Source: Takakia lepidozioides
Taxonomy: Eukaryota > Plantae > Bryophyta
Direction: 5' to 3'
Assembly: GCA_030704615.1 (NCBI GenBank)
Contig: CM060731.1
Coordinates: 49,042,001 to 49,106,000, forward strand
DNA: 64,000 nt
The notes below the pieces were generated by a model, which ran no database searches, was not told the origin of the DNA, and was given only the letters and a program-made list of their open reading frames with translations. Within the stretch, counting starts at the first letter, position 1, and each line of letters begins with the position of its first letter. Positions 1 to 11,663 of the stretch are shown here, one piece after another. The position numbers and the translations under genes were made by a program.

Positions 1-98
1 TTTGAATCACCTTTTTTTCTGCCAGAACAAATGCAATGAGGCAAGGGAATTCAATGAGTTCCGAATAGGATATAAATTGAACAAAAAAAATGCGAAGT

Positions 99-2346
99 TC
101 AGTCTGATCCAGAGTTAGTACAATGTATCACCGCGTCCACTGTATCCAAGTCCAAGAATTTCAGAACTCCGGATCTACGATGGCTACTCCTGTGATCGGG
201 CAATAAGAAGTCAGGGGATAGAGCCTCGGCCATTTCAAGTGCCATTGCTTCGGCATAGACAGGAAGCACAAAAGTGGAAAGGGGACTGTCGAAAACAGTC
301 TCGGCACAAATGGGGGTTTCTCCTGAAGATCCATCGCTGCCGTTCCTGCAAGTCAAAGCATGATAAAAGTTATTATTGCAATTTTGATGTATGCAAAATT
401 GAACAAGCACCCAAACTGGAATGACATTTCCATAGCCGACTTACTCACATGAGAAGTCTTTGTCGATCTGCTTATCCTCGGTATCCTCATCATTTCTGAT
501 TTGAATTTGTTCGGTCTGTGTGCCAGACGTAGAGCCAGACACAAGAGGGAGGAGGACACTCTTGAATAGTTCGGTGTCGCCCTCCATGCCAAAAAGGCTT
601 CTCCCACCAACCTTGCAAGCACGGTAAGTCACACATGCCAAGACAGAAAGCCTCAAGAAGGTTGTAGAGGATGCAAAATCGGATGCAAACTGGAAGACCT
701 TCAGAATGGAAACAGTATTGAACCAACAAACCTGTGGATAGTGTGAGGTCGACCACCCTTGCAGAATGGTGGCTGCATGACTCCAAGAGCGTCTGCATGA
801 ACGCTGGGGTTCTCTCCCTTGCACCTCTCCACGGAAACCTGTCTGGTCTTTTGGCTGTCTGACTGGAGTGCATGAAATTGTACAGCATGTCATCCACATG
901 CGGTTCGTATGGGGGGTTGACAAAACACCTCTGGTCGGAAATTTCAAAGCTGCGAACGGATGAAGGTGTTTTGGAAGTGCGAATCCGCCTCAGGCAGATT
1001 GTCTCAAACATCCTTGTCTGGAAAAGATGCAAGGTAGGAGTGAGACATAGAAATTCGAAAGAAATTCTGGCGCAGGAAAGAATAGAACATGGACTGCAAA
1101 TGTAAACTACAATGGAATGTTTTTGTGATGATCGGTGTCGATCATCACATATGGTGGTAGAGCAAGCCAGCAGAAACAACTGAAAAGACATTGGGAAACA
1201 GTTCAGAGTAGGGCGACGCCATACCAGCTGTCCAGGGCAATCACCTTTCAGAAGGTACAGGATGTTCACACAATTCCATGTCCTCAGAATTTCGAACCCA
1301 GACGAGTTCAGGTATGATGCCAGACCCCTACGACTATCCTTATCACATGACTGGAAGAGCAAAAGCGTTCCTGCATCTGAAAGGAAATTATTGCAGAAGC
1401 CGAATACCCAACTCCAGTAGTTCTCATTGAATCTGTTCCAGGATGGAGTCTTTCCCTTTGGAGGAACGTCGGGGACAGGCAGGCCGTCTGGGATGTCAAG
1501 GATGACCATGTCAGCGGCAAAGGGTTTTTGAACACCGCATACGAATGAGGGACCATTGCTCACCTGCAGCATACCGGTATAATTTCAAGTCAAACAGAAA
1601 TGAGGGTCCCAACAGAAACCATCATCTACATTGGCATACACAAAATTCAAAAGTCCCATGTGAAGATGAAGATTCTTACCAGATTAAGAAATGAAATCAT
1701 GTTATCCCAAGTTGGTGATGGCACCCCCGAGTAACTCTTTCTCCGAGTCTCCATCATCACCAGCCATCCCTCATTCACAATCTTGATCTGCCCTGCCAAG
1801 TCCGCACGGGAAGGGTGTGGCTTGGCATCGAATGGACATTGAACAGTGAGGGTGTACCTCCCAGCGGTCTCATCTTTCTCCTTGTCCTCACCTTTCTCCT
1901 TTTCCACCTCTTTCTCCTTCGCCTTCTCCTTCCCCTTAGCCTTCTCCTTCTCTTTGTCCTTAGGCTTCTCAGGTGACTTGGCTACTACCTCCGGAGCCTT
2001 TGGATCTTTCCCCTTTCGACCCGCCTTCCTGCCTTTCTGTGGAGTTGCCTGCGCGTCTGGCTCCTTGGCGGCCAATGAAGCAATGTTCCTCTAGTACTCT
2101 TCGTCGTTCAAAGGTGCCAGCATCTCCGCATGGTTGTTCATATATTTCATTTGCTGCTCTTGAAATGTCGTGTGCTCTGGAGGGTAGTCGAGGTACCTAC
2201 CACAATCCTTGAAGTGGGCAGGACTCCAGTCCCTCAAGATACCAGCTGTGTACTTGGTGGGATCGTTGGCAGGGTCGGACCACATGTCCAGATAATCTGG
2301 GATTCCACTCAGGTGTTTTCCTTCCATCAACACATATTTAGTGTAC
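99..2346 (-). pseudogene. Element A ParB-MTase-like gene, 3' exons (beta-class amino-methyltransferase-like domain and C-terminal exon)
   Basis: Motifs DMVILDIPDG (~1490), PWRGARERTPAFMQTLLESCS, VVDLTLSTG, ACKVGGRSLFGMEGD; GT-AG introns; homologous exon by exon to 39358-41541; in-frame stop at 2091. Confidence 0.75.
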
Positions 2347-2633
2347 CTGCGGAGGCTCAAAATAACACCATCCCCCAAAACAAGATATCAGAAAGGGGGC
2401 TGCTATTTCATGAGCGGCATGAGCATGAGCGGAAAAAAAAAAAGCATGAGTGGGCCATTGTGTGTCCACGGAAATAGGGTCATGTGGACTCGTCATAGCA
2501 ATGAAATGCAACATTTTATTGCAAATTTGGTGGCAAGCCATGTCTATACAAATGTGTCCTAACTGCCATAGCAGGAATGGGAACCTCTCTGCTACACCCT
2601 CCGAGGAACTTGCCCTCCTTCTTCCTCATCCCC

Positions 2634-5600
2634 CTAATCCCCCCCATCCTCCGAGCTCTGTGATGCAGCTGCAAGTTCCGAGTTGTGGAGGGCAGTATCT
2701 AGCTCGAAGGCGAACACATGCATGTCGGACAACGTCCCTGCCCACATTGAAGCACCTGAGGAACAAAGCGGGCGGTTAATAGCTTGCGGCATGCAAATTG
2801 CAATCGGGCCAGGGGACAAACTGAGCACGTGAAGGCTTACCCGTGCCGCATGTGAGGTCAAGAATCCGCCCTTGGACATCCGAGCACGTCTCCATGAGGG
2901 TTTGGATGAAAGCAGGGCTCCGGGTCCGACTGTACCGCCACGGTTTGCCTGTCTTTGTGTCCTTCGGCATATTGGAGTGGGGCACATAGTTGTAGAGGAC
3001 ATCGTAGGTAACAGGGTCCACAGCGGCATCAACAAGACGACCGTCGTTGCGGAATTTGAACGTAAACCCTCTCTTCACAAAGCAATATGCCTCAAACACC
3101 AATGTCTGCACATCCAACAAAAGAGGGATCAACTCCGGGATCTAGTTTAGATACACCACAGTATGAGGTGAATGCAATAGATTGATAACTTACACTTTGG
3201 CCCTCTGTTTGCAACCCCTGTGTATTTGATGCAGAACCATTTTCTGAGGAGGACCGGGGTGACACTTTTCGGTGTCCATCTTGCCACAACATTCTCTGTG
3301 GTCTTCCCTCTTGAGGCAAGGACAACCACACATCCACCGTCATCCAGGAGCATCCCCGCCAGCCCAAACCCGGCTTTCCAGTAGTCCTCAGTAAACCTGT
3401 TCCAGGTGGGCACACCATCCAGGCCCTCTAGCAGCTCCCCATCTGGAATGTCGAGGAGAATCATATCGCAAGCTCTCTCCACCCCCCCACCCCCCGAGTG
3501 CTCTTGCAATCCGTGCTCACAGCCGTGAAGAATTCCATCATGGCTTCCAAACCAGGGGTGTCTTTAGGCTCTGTACCGGCAGCCCTCTTCTTGGCTTTCC
3601 CCTTCTGCTCCTCCAGAGACTTGTTGTGTGCCACCTTCTTCGCCCTGGCAGCCAGAGCGTCAAGGAAGCTCTCATTGACGCATTGGATGATGGTTGGGGG
3701 TTCTAGATTTGGCCTGTGCATAAACGTCACCGCCGAATACCGCTGTGTAGGCTCGCCCTCAAATGCCAACTTCTCGGCAAAGCCAGTCCCACTCCGAACT
3801 GACTTGGGAACCCGGACGACCGGTGACTTGGTAGCAGCAGCAGCAGTCGCAGGACCTTGAACAAAGTCGTCGTCGGAGTCACTCCCTTGGGTCCCCTCCT
3901 GTGCCTCCTCCGGTGCCCCGATGGTTTTCTGTTTTTTGGGGGTTACTGTACTCCCCTGTTTCCGTGTCCTTTTCTTTTGGCCTTTATTCTTCTCATTCAA
4001 TTTCTCCTGAATTCCTGCCTGAGCAAGCTTTGCCGCTTTCCTAGAGTTCGCAAGCGCTTTTGCCTCCTTTGGACCCAACGGAGGCAGCGGAGCCCGGTTT
4101 CGTCGGCCCTCAGCATCTAGCTTCAATTGAAACTCGGATGGGTCGAGCGAGCCGGGCGGAAGGTCCACATACCAAGGGCAATCACGCAAATGTTCCAGAT
4201 GCCACTCCTTCGCAATAACGTCAGTGTACATGGAGTCAGCCCCAGGGTTCCTCCATGCCAGGAAGAATCGTGGCTCGAAGGATAGATGACCTTTCTCCAA
4301 AAAGGAGAACTTGCAGTACCTGCATTCATGAAAAACACAGAATGAGGTCCCTGAACTGGAAATTCGACACCATTTTCCCAGGTTGGGGCGGAACTGACTC
4401 GGCCTGGAACCGGAAAAATGGCGCCGAATTTCGGTTTTCGGTGCCAGCCACCCTAGGGACTTGAACTTGAAATTTGGCGCCATTTTCCAAGTTCCGGGCC
4501 CAAAATGGCTAAGTCCCAGAACTGACTAGGCCTGGAACCGGAAAAATGGCGCCGAATTTCAGTTTTTGGTGCCAGCCACCCTAGGGTCTTAGCCATTATG
4601 GGAGCATGAACTGGAAATTCGGCGCCATTTTCCCAGGTCCGGGCCCAAAATGGCTAAGTCCCATAACTGACTGGGCCTGGAATTGAAAAAATGGCGCCGA
4701 ATTTCGGCTTTCGGTGCCAGCCACCCTAGGGACTTAGCCATTTTGGGAGCCCTGAATTGGAAATTCGGCACCATTTTCCCAGGTCCGGCCCGGAAATGGC
4801 TAAGTCCCAGAACTGACTGGGCCTTCAACTGGAAAAATGGCGCCGAATTTCGGCTTTCGGTGCCAGCCACCCTAGGGTCTTAGCCATTTTGGGAGCATGA
4901 ACTAGAAATTCGGCGCCATTTCCCAGGTCTGGGCCGGAAATGGCTAAGTCCCAGAACTGACTGGGCCTGGAACTGGAAAAATGGCGCCAAATTTCGGCTT
5001 TCGGTGCCAGCCACCCTAGGGACTTAGCCATTTTGGGAGCCCTGGACTGGAAATTCGGCGCCATTTTCCCAGGTCCGGCCCGGCCGGAAATGGCTAAGTC
5101 CCAGAACTGACTGGGCCTGCAACTGGAAAAATGGCGCCGAATTTCGGTTTTCGGTGCCAGCCACCCTAGGGACTTGGCCATTTTGGTCCTGGAATTTGGA
5201 AAATGGCCCCAAATTTCAAGTTCAGGGCTCCCAAAATGGCTAAGTCCTAGAACTGACTAGGCCTGGAACCGGAAAAATGGCGCCGAATTTCGGTTTTCGG
5301 TGCCAGCCACCCTAGGGACTTGAACTTGAAATTCGGCGCCATTTTCCAAGTTCCGGGCCAAAAATGGCTAAGTCCCAGAATTGACTGGGCCTGCAACTGG
5401 AAAAATGGCGCCGAATTTCGGTTTTCGGTGCCAACCACCCTAGGGACTTGGCCATTTTGGGAGCCCTTAACTGTAAATTCGGCGCCATTTTTCCAAGGAC
5501 TTCTTCACAAGTAATTTTCATGCGCCAGATGAGGCCTCTAACATCCTGAAATGTAAGGACTTGAAAGGAAGGCATCGCATATGTACCTGTACAGAAGGCG

Positions 5601-8175
5601 CATTGCTGCTTTGTCAGCGTTCGGCTGGTCGATGAACTCGTGGCTACGGCGGGCATGGGGTATCTCCCGAAAGAATAGGTCGGTTTTGTACAGCAGAAAG
5701 TACCTCGTCACATAGTCGCGTAGGCTCTCTGCTACACCAGAAATCTCCAGCTTGAATTGATGTGCTTGTGTGTCCAGCTGCTCTTGCGCATTCGTCGTCA
5801 CCTGTGGAAATTCTCCATCAGATCGCTTTCCTCAAAAAATACAATAAATCCACCCCCTACAAGAGTAGAAGCGCCAAATGAAGCGTGGGGAAGTACCTGA
5901 AACCACCATGTCATGCGGTTCATCCATAGGTCAAATGTGGGGTCAGACAGTTTGTCGGGTTTGGGGAAGCTCCACATGTCCCTTGTACTTTGGGAACCAT
6001 TCCAGATTTGGAGCCACCGGGTCTGTCCAACCACCCAACATATTAGTAAGCACCAAACACCACAAAAACAAGTTGTTGCCACAACAATTTGGTTAAGAAT
6101 GTATCACCTTTTCTGTTGCATCCACACAGGATGTGGCTAGACGATGGAGCTTCTCCAATGTCATCGTGGGCTTCAGAGCGCAGGAGTAGTGCTTCCCCAC
6201 CTCCACCAGAAAGTCGGCACCAAGGGCGGGATCAGCTATGGCCACGTACTTTACCATCCGCGACTTGTGCTTTATGCGGGCCTTCACCTCCGTAGCTTTG
6301 AGATGCGATTCCAGTGCCGGGAGGGTTAGTTTCTTCTCCTCTGACTCCATGTAGAACCTCCGTGCATGTGCCGAATCATGCTGAATTTTCGTCTGTCAAG
6401 AATGCGCACATAAGATTAGAAATCCCGGTCAACACTTTTTTTTCTTTTGGGGGACTAGAGACAGATTAGCTAAACAAAATAGTAAGAGCTTTACCTGAAA
6501 TATGTAGTCCACCATGGCGTCCACGCTCAGCCTATACCAGGTTTTGTCTGCCTTTGCCTCCGACTTGCGCAGGAGGTCGACACTCAGCGAATTGGCAAAC
6601 TCTTGCACCCCCTACTTCCCGACGTCCTTCACTCGGAAGAGCATATGGGACAAGTTAGTGGCAATGAAGGCATTCTCAGTCACCGTGCAATGCCACATTC
6701 CCATCAAACAATACTGAAATGGGAATTTGCAACATATATGAGGATTCGCAATGAAATGACTTACAAATTGAAAGTCCAAAAGCAAGAGGCGTTGTAATTT
6801 ACGAGTTGATGTCCGCCATTGCAGCTTTGAGAAGACTGCGATCTTTGGGCCCCGCAACCTTCAGCACAACACACTCCACGGCGAAATGCCAATCCCGGTC
6901 GTTGGGGTGGGCTTCGGCTATGTACTCCATCCATGCCAGGAGGCGATGATTGTCGTCCCACACGTAAAACATCTTTCCGGACAAGTGCTGGAAAAGAGGA
7001 TCAGTAGCAATCGATCTCTCAAACTCCTCATTTTGCCTTTGCCAATGGGGACCCCATTTGTCCACCTCATCGGAAGTGTGGGCACGGGAAGCTCCGTGGT
7101 CGTTCTCAATGGAAACGTAAAACGCGGCAGACCGCATTCGATATCCCTCCCGGAAAGAGAATTTCAGCTTGTCGATATCGCCTGGGAGGGCAGGTCTCAC
7201 CACCTGCAATGACACCAAGCGGCAAAGGGGAATTTAAAGCTTGGCCGGGTACACCATGCCCCCCAGCACCCTACCAATGTTGCTGTGGGTTGCCTCCAAC
7301 ATCTTGGCAGCGGCCAACTTCATATCCGCTTCCGACATGACGTCTGCTGCAGAGGGGTTCTCCGGCAGGCCACCAGGACCGCCAAATCCAGCCTGTATGC
7401 TGTGGGTTTGGGGCCTGGGGATGTCCGGGAGGATGTCATCCTGGTCAGAAAGCTCCCTGTCGTCCTCCTCAACATGGTCAACCACCGGCGGAAGCACCTC
7501 CACCACTCTCCCCGTCTCTACTGCCCTCTCTGCGGCTTCATCTCGAACTCCCACAATCCGGGCTCTTTGTGGTGTTCTTTCCCCTCCTCCAGTCTTCACC
7601 ATATGGGTGACTGCGTGGGCCGCTCCCACCCGCGATGGTGTCACCGGTAAGGATGCAGCCGGTGCGCTACTGCCTTTTTCTGGTGTCTTGGAGGGATCCA
7701 GCTTCTCTGTGCGACCCTCGCTTACGAGAGGTGTCATGTCGTCACCCCTGGCCTCATCAGTGGCCTTTTCTCTTGCCTCTTGGCTAGCCTTGTGTCTCGC
7801 CTGTTCTTTTGCCCTCTCTTTTGCCCTCTCACGGGCCTTCTGTTTCTTACTAGGGGTAGCAGCAGGGGAGGCCTCCAGATCAACCACCTTTGATTGAGGC
7901 GATCGGACACCCTCGGACGACCTGGTCCCTCCCCCCTCCGCAGCCTGTGAATGTTTTCTCACCGGGGATTGCATCTGCTTGGCTTTCTTCTTCTTCTTTG
8001 CGTGGGCGGGCCCTACTGCATGTGCATGAGCTTCCTCCAATAACGGATCTGGTGTCCTCATCCGACGGGCTTCACCTACCATGCCGCTTGCACCAACCTC
8101 CGGAATACCAACTAAAGAAGCAATATTATGTTTGCCTTCCCGCCCCAAGTTGGCTGATCCAAACATGCGAAGCAC
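2634..8175 (-). pseudogene. Element B multi-exon ParB/Srx-like + beta-class methyltransferase-like gene
   Basis: Low-complexity N-terminus (7234-8175), ParB-like exon FYVWDDNHRLLAW (6799-7218), helical middle exons (5538-6700), WHLEHLRDCPWYVD exon, CDMILLDIPDG (~3450), RSPAFIQTLMETCS..ILDLTCGTG (~2840-2920), GASMWAGTLSDMHVFAFELD; collinear with copy C; stops and frameshifts present. Confidence 0.8.
4350..5500. repeat. Intronic tandem repeat, ~128-150-bp unit, each with two AAATTCGGCGCCATTTT-type sites in opposite orientation
   Basis: AAAATGGCGCCGAATTT (or a one-base variant) recurs at ~4415, 4543, 4687, 4833, 4977, 5127, 5273, 5401. Confidence 0.95.
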
Positions 8176-8508
8176 TACCTTTGACGACTGCTGCCCACTA
8201 GCTGCTTTTGGAGTGACTGCTCAAGCAGTTGGAGCTGTCGATGATACCACCAGTGTGTCGCGCTCGTCTTCACTCTGTCATCCCCAACAATCGTCAGAAC
8301 CACCATCGCAACCTAAACCACCATCGCAACAATCGTGGACCAACAATGAAAACAAACCCAATGAATGCCTAACAATCACATGCCGAAGCAGCCTAACAAT
8401 CACACGCATTGCAAACTATCAATGGTTCACTCAACCAATAACTTGCAGAAAAAAACATGGAAATGTAAGGACGATTTCACAAAAGGGGAAAACAGGCTTT
8501 TCAAGGCA

Positions 8509-8667
8509 CTTGATATGCCTAGACAATCTTCTCAGCCCAGCATGGATTTCCTTCATTCTGAGATGCAACCTGTCATTTACTGCGAAGGTGTGCATCCTGT
8601 TGCAAATCTCAATGCAGCAACAACCTGGCTCCTTTCTAACCCCTCTAGCCTTCATCATTCTCCTCAC
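8509..8667 (-). pseudogene. Captured PPR E/E+ (PG-box) fragment inside element B
   Basis: Translates VRRMMKARGVRKEPGCCCIEICNRMHTFAVNDRLHLRMKEIHAGLRRL, matching the PLS-PPR E+/PG-box consensus (MK.RG..K.PG.SWIE....H.F...D..HP). Confidence 0.8.
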
Positions 8668-9199
8668 CAACTCGATGCAATCATGAACGTCCTCTTCCAC
8701 TTCCACTTCCAAGGATGCCAGGCTGAAGATGCCAAAACAAAAAAAACAAAGCGGAGAAGACCGCACATGTTACAGAAATGGAAAGAGGAAGGGGCTTGCC
8801 TGAGAGTGCTCGGCTTCAGTTGGCGCGGGCTGCGAGCAAGACAAGGGGATCTCCTACTAGAGCTTCAGTTTGGCCATGCGAGACGCTGGACGCCGCCCGT
8901 AGTACAAAGGCTTCAGTTTGCGGTGCGGTCTGCATGTGGGGTTTCTCTCAGGAGAGCCACGCCCTTCTCCACGCGGCATAAGTCCATGCAAAAGAAAATA
9001 TCGCACGGAAAATGCGTGCGTAGTGGCATCGAGTGGAACTTCATCCACCTGCCACATCAGGGTTTGGGGTATCCGACGGCGGTAGCACGGAATCAGTGCG
9101 GAACGTCCGATTGAAAACTGACGGCGGACATTAAATGCGCAACTGCACTGTTAAATGGAGGAGTATGTCGCCCACCCTCCCACATAGAAATTATTAGCC

Positions 9200-11250
9200 C
9201 ACTGGATGGAAAAACGGCGCCGAATTTCCATCCGGCGGATCAAGTAGGATGCAACGTGGCCATCTCTCCGGCCAAGACGTTGTGGACGGATGGAAATTCG
9301 GCACCGAATTTCCATCCGATGACGCCGGCAAGAGGTCGTGTCGGGGGGAGAGGCCGACACCTGGCTGACAGAAAACATCCCCGGATGGAAATTCGGCGCC
9401 GAATTTCCATCCGAGGCCGCCGTCACTAGGCATGTCGGGGGGAGAGGCCGGCACCTGGCCGACAGAGTACATCCATCGGTTGGAAATTCGGCGCCAAATT
9501 TCCATCCGGGGCCCCCCGCAGGCGGACACGTCGCCGACAAAGATCAGCCACCGGATGGAAATTCGGCGCCGAATTTCCATGCGGTGCCGCCCGGATGAAG
9601 TCGGTTGAAGGGGAGAAGCCGGCACCGGGCGGACAGAGACCATCCCCCGAATGGAAATTCGGCGCCGATTTCCATCCGAGGCCCCCCGCAGGAAGTCGTC
9701 TCGGGGGGTGAGGCCGACACCTGGCTGACGGAAAACATCCCCGGATGGAAATTCGGCGCCGAATTTCCATCCGGAGCCAGTCGGATGAAGTCGGCTCGGG
9801 GGAAGAGGCTGGCAGCAGGCCGACAGAGAACATCCACCGGATGGAAATTCGGCGCCAAATTTCCATCCGACGTTGGCCGGATGTTTGCGTTTGGGGCCCC
9901 TTCAGGAACAATTTTCTATCCTTGCATGCAGTTTTACGCGTTTTTGGGTCTAATCAGACACAAAACCTCTAGTTTTGTGGCTGAACTCCACTTTTAGCCA
10001 CGTTTTTCAAGGAATTCTTGTCGGCTTCAGATAAATTCCTTGCCTCTTTCCCGTCCCGCTTACTTCCTACATGGAAATTCGTTGCCGAATTTTCATCCGG
10101 CCGCGTTCCCGATTACATGCCAAATGGAAATTCGGCGCCGGTTTTCCATCCTGCAGGGCACCAGTTTACTTGCAAGGTTGGAATTCGGCGCCGGTTTTGC
10201 ATCGGGCTGCGATATCGCTTACCCGCTGGATGGAAATTCGGCGCCGAATTTCCATCTTGCAAGTAAACTGGTGCCCTGCAGGATGGAAAGCCGGCGCCGA
10301 ATTTCCATGCTGGGGATGTTCTCTGTCGGCCAGGTGTCGGCCTCTCTCCCCGAGACGACTTCCTAAGGGCGGCCTCGGATGGAAATTCGGCGCCGAATTT
10401 CCATCCGAGGATGTTTCATGTCGGCCAGATGCCGGCCTCTCCGCTTGAGCCGACTTCATCCGACCGGCCCCGGATGGAAATTCGGCGCTGTTTTTCCATC
10501 TGGGGAGGTTTTATGTCGGCCAGTTGTTGGCCTCACGAGTTCCTTTGGGGGGCCCCGGATGGAAATTCGGCGCTGAATTTCCATCCGGGGGATGTTCTCT
10601 GACGGCCAAATGCCGGCCTCTCCCCCCGAGCCGACTGCATCCGACCGGCCCCGGATGGAAAATCGGCGGAGTTTTTCCATCAGAATTTCCATCCGCCAGG
10701 TAAGTCGGAGCGCAGGCGGATGGAAATTCAGCGCCGAATTTGCATCCTGCAGGTAAGTCGGAGCGCGGGCGGATGGAAATCTGGCGCCGAATTTCCATCC
10801 TGCAGGTAATTCGGAGCGCGGATGGATGGAAATTTGGCGCCGAATTTCCATCCTGCAGGTAAGTCGGAGCGCGCCCGGATGGAAATCCGGCGCCGAATTT
10901 CCATCCGGGGGATTTCTCTGTCGAGCAGGTGTCGGCCTCCGATGGAAATTCGGCGCCGTTTTTCCATCCGGGGGATGTTCTTTGTTGAGCAATTGTCGGC
11001 CTCTCCCCCCGAAATGACTTCATCCGGCCGGCCTCCGATGGAAATTCGGCGCCGTTTTTCCATCCGGGGGATGTTCTCTGTCGGCCAAGTGTCGGCCTCT
11101 CCCCCCGAAACGACTTCATCCAACGGGCCTCGGATGGAAATTCGGCGCCGTTTTTCCATCCGGGTGATGTTCTCTGTCGGCCAGGTGACCGACTCACCCT
11201 GGAGACGAAATCGTCCGACCGGCCTCGGATGCAAATTCGGCGCCGCTGTT
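9200..11250. repeat. Element B intergenic array of a 30-bp palindrome GGATGGAAATTCGGCGCCGAATTTCCATCC (~25 copies)
   Basis: Perfect or near-perfect copies, e.g. 9383, 9743, 10377, about every 50-110 bp between the divergent genes. Confidence 0.95.
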
Positions 11251-11663
11251 GTATGTTTACTTTTGGCGGCGAGGTTATGGCACTCAATCTTGTAATCAGA
11301 CCCACTGGAATGCCACCTCTGTCAGTTCCCTCTGTCCATGGGGAAGATGCTTGCACGCTCGCGCCCCCACGCTTCTTGTCAGACACTGTAATGATTGGTT
11401 TGCGTAGCGCATCTGCACAGGTCATATACCTTCTGACTGCATACCGTTGGCAGTTATTGCGCAAAGGCCAGGGGCCGCATTCCGCAGACAAAGTTCATTA
11501 ACTCTCTGACAGTGGAATTTCGGGAGAGTGGGCTCCCCGGATTCGTGAATAGGCTTCGTCGCTTGCAAAAATTGGCCCTGCATTCCTTCCCCTCGCTGCA
11601 TCCCCCCTTCTCCCAGGGCGCTTGTCCGAACGCCGTCCTGGCAGTCTTGTGTGCACAACTCCC

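Noticed and set aside
1647-2075. Stand-alone Lys/Glu-rich protein
   Set aside because: It is the low-complexity linker exon of the ParB-MTase gene; equivalent linkers occur in B, C and D.
4350-5500. Many overlapping ORFs in repeat arrays (MEIRRRISIR, GNAAPHF, WKFGAEFP translations here and in other arrays)
   Set aside because: Artefacts of stop-poor palindromic repeats, open on both strands.
2634-8175. Bacterial contamination or prophage as the source of the ParB and MTase motifs
   Set aside because: The genes have conserved GT-AG introns and sit inside TSD-flanked eukaryotic MULEs among plant PPR sequences.
9200-11250. CRISPR array (palindromic ~30-bp repeats with spacers); likewise 35280-37225 and 55980-57700
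   Set aside because: Spacers are related to one another and vary widely in length, there are no cas genes, and the context is intron-containing eukaryotic transposons.
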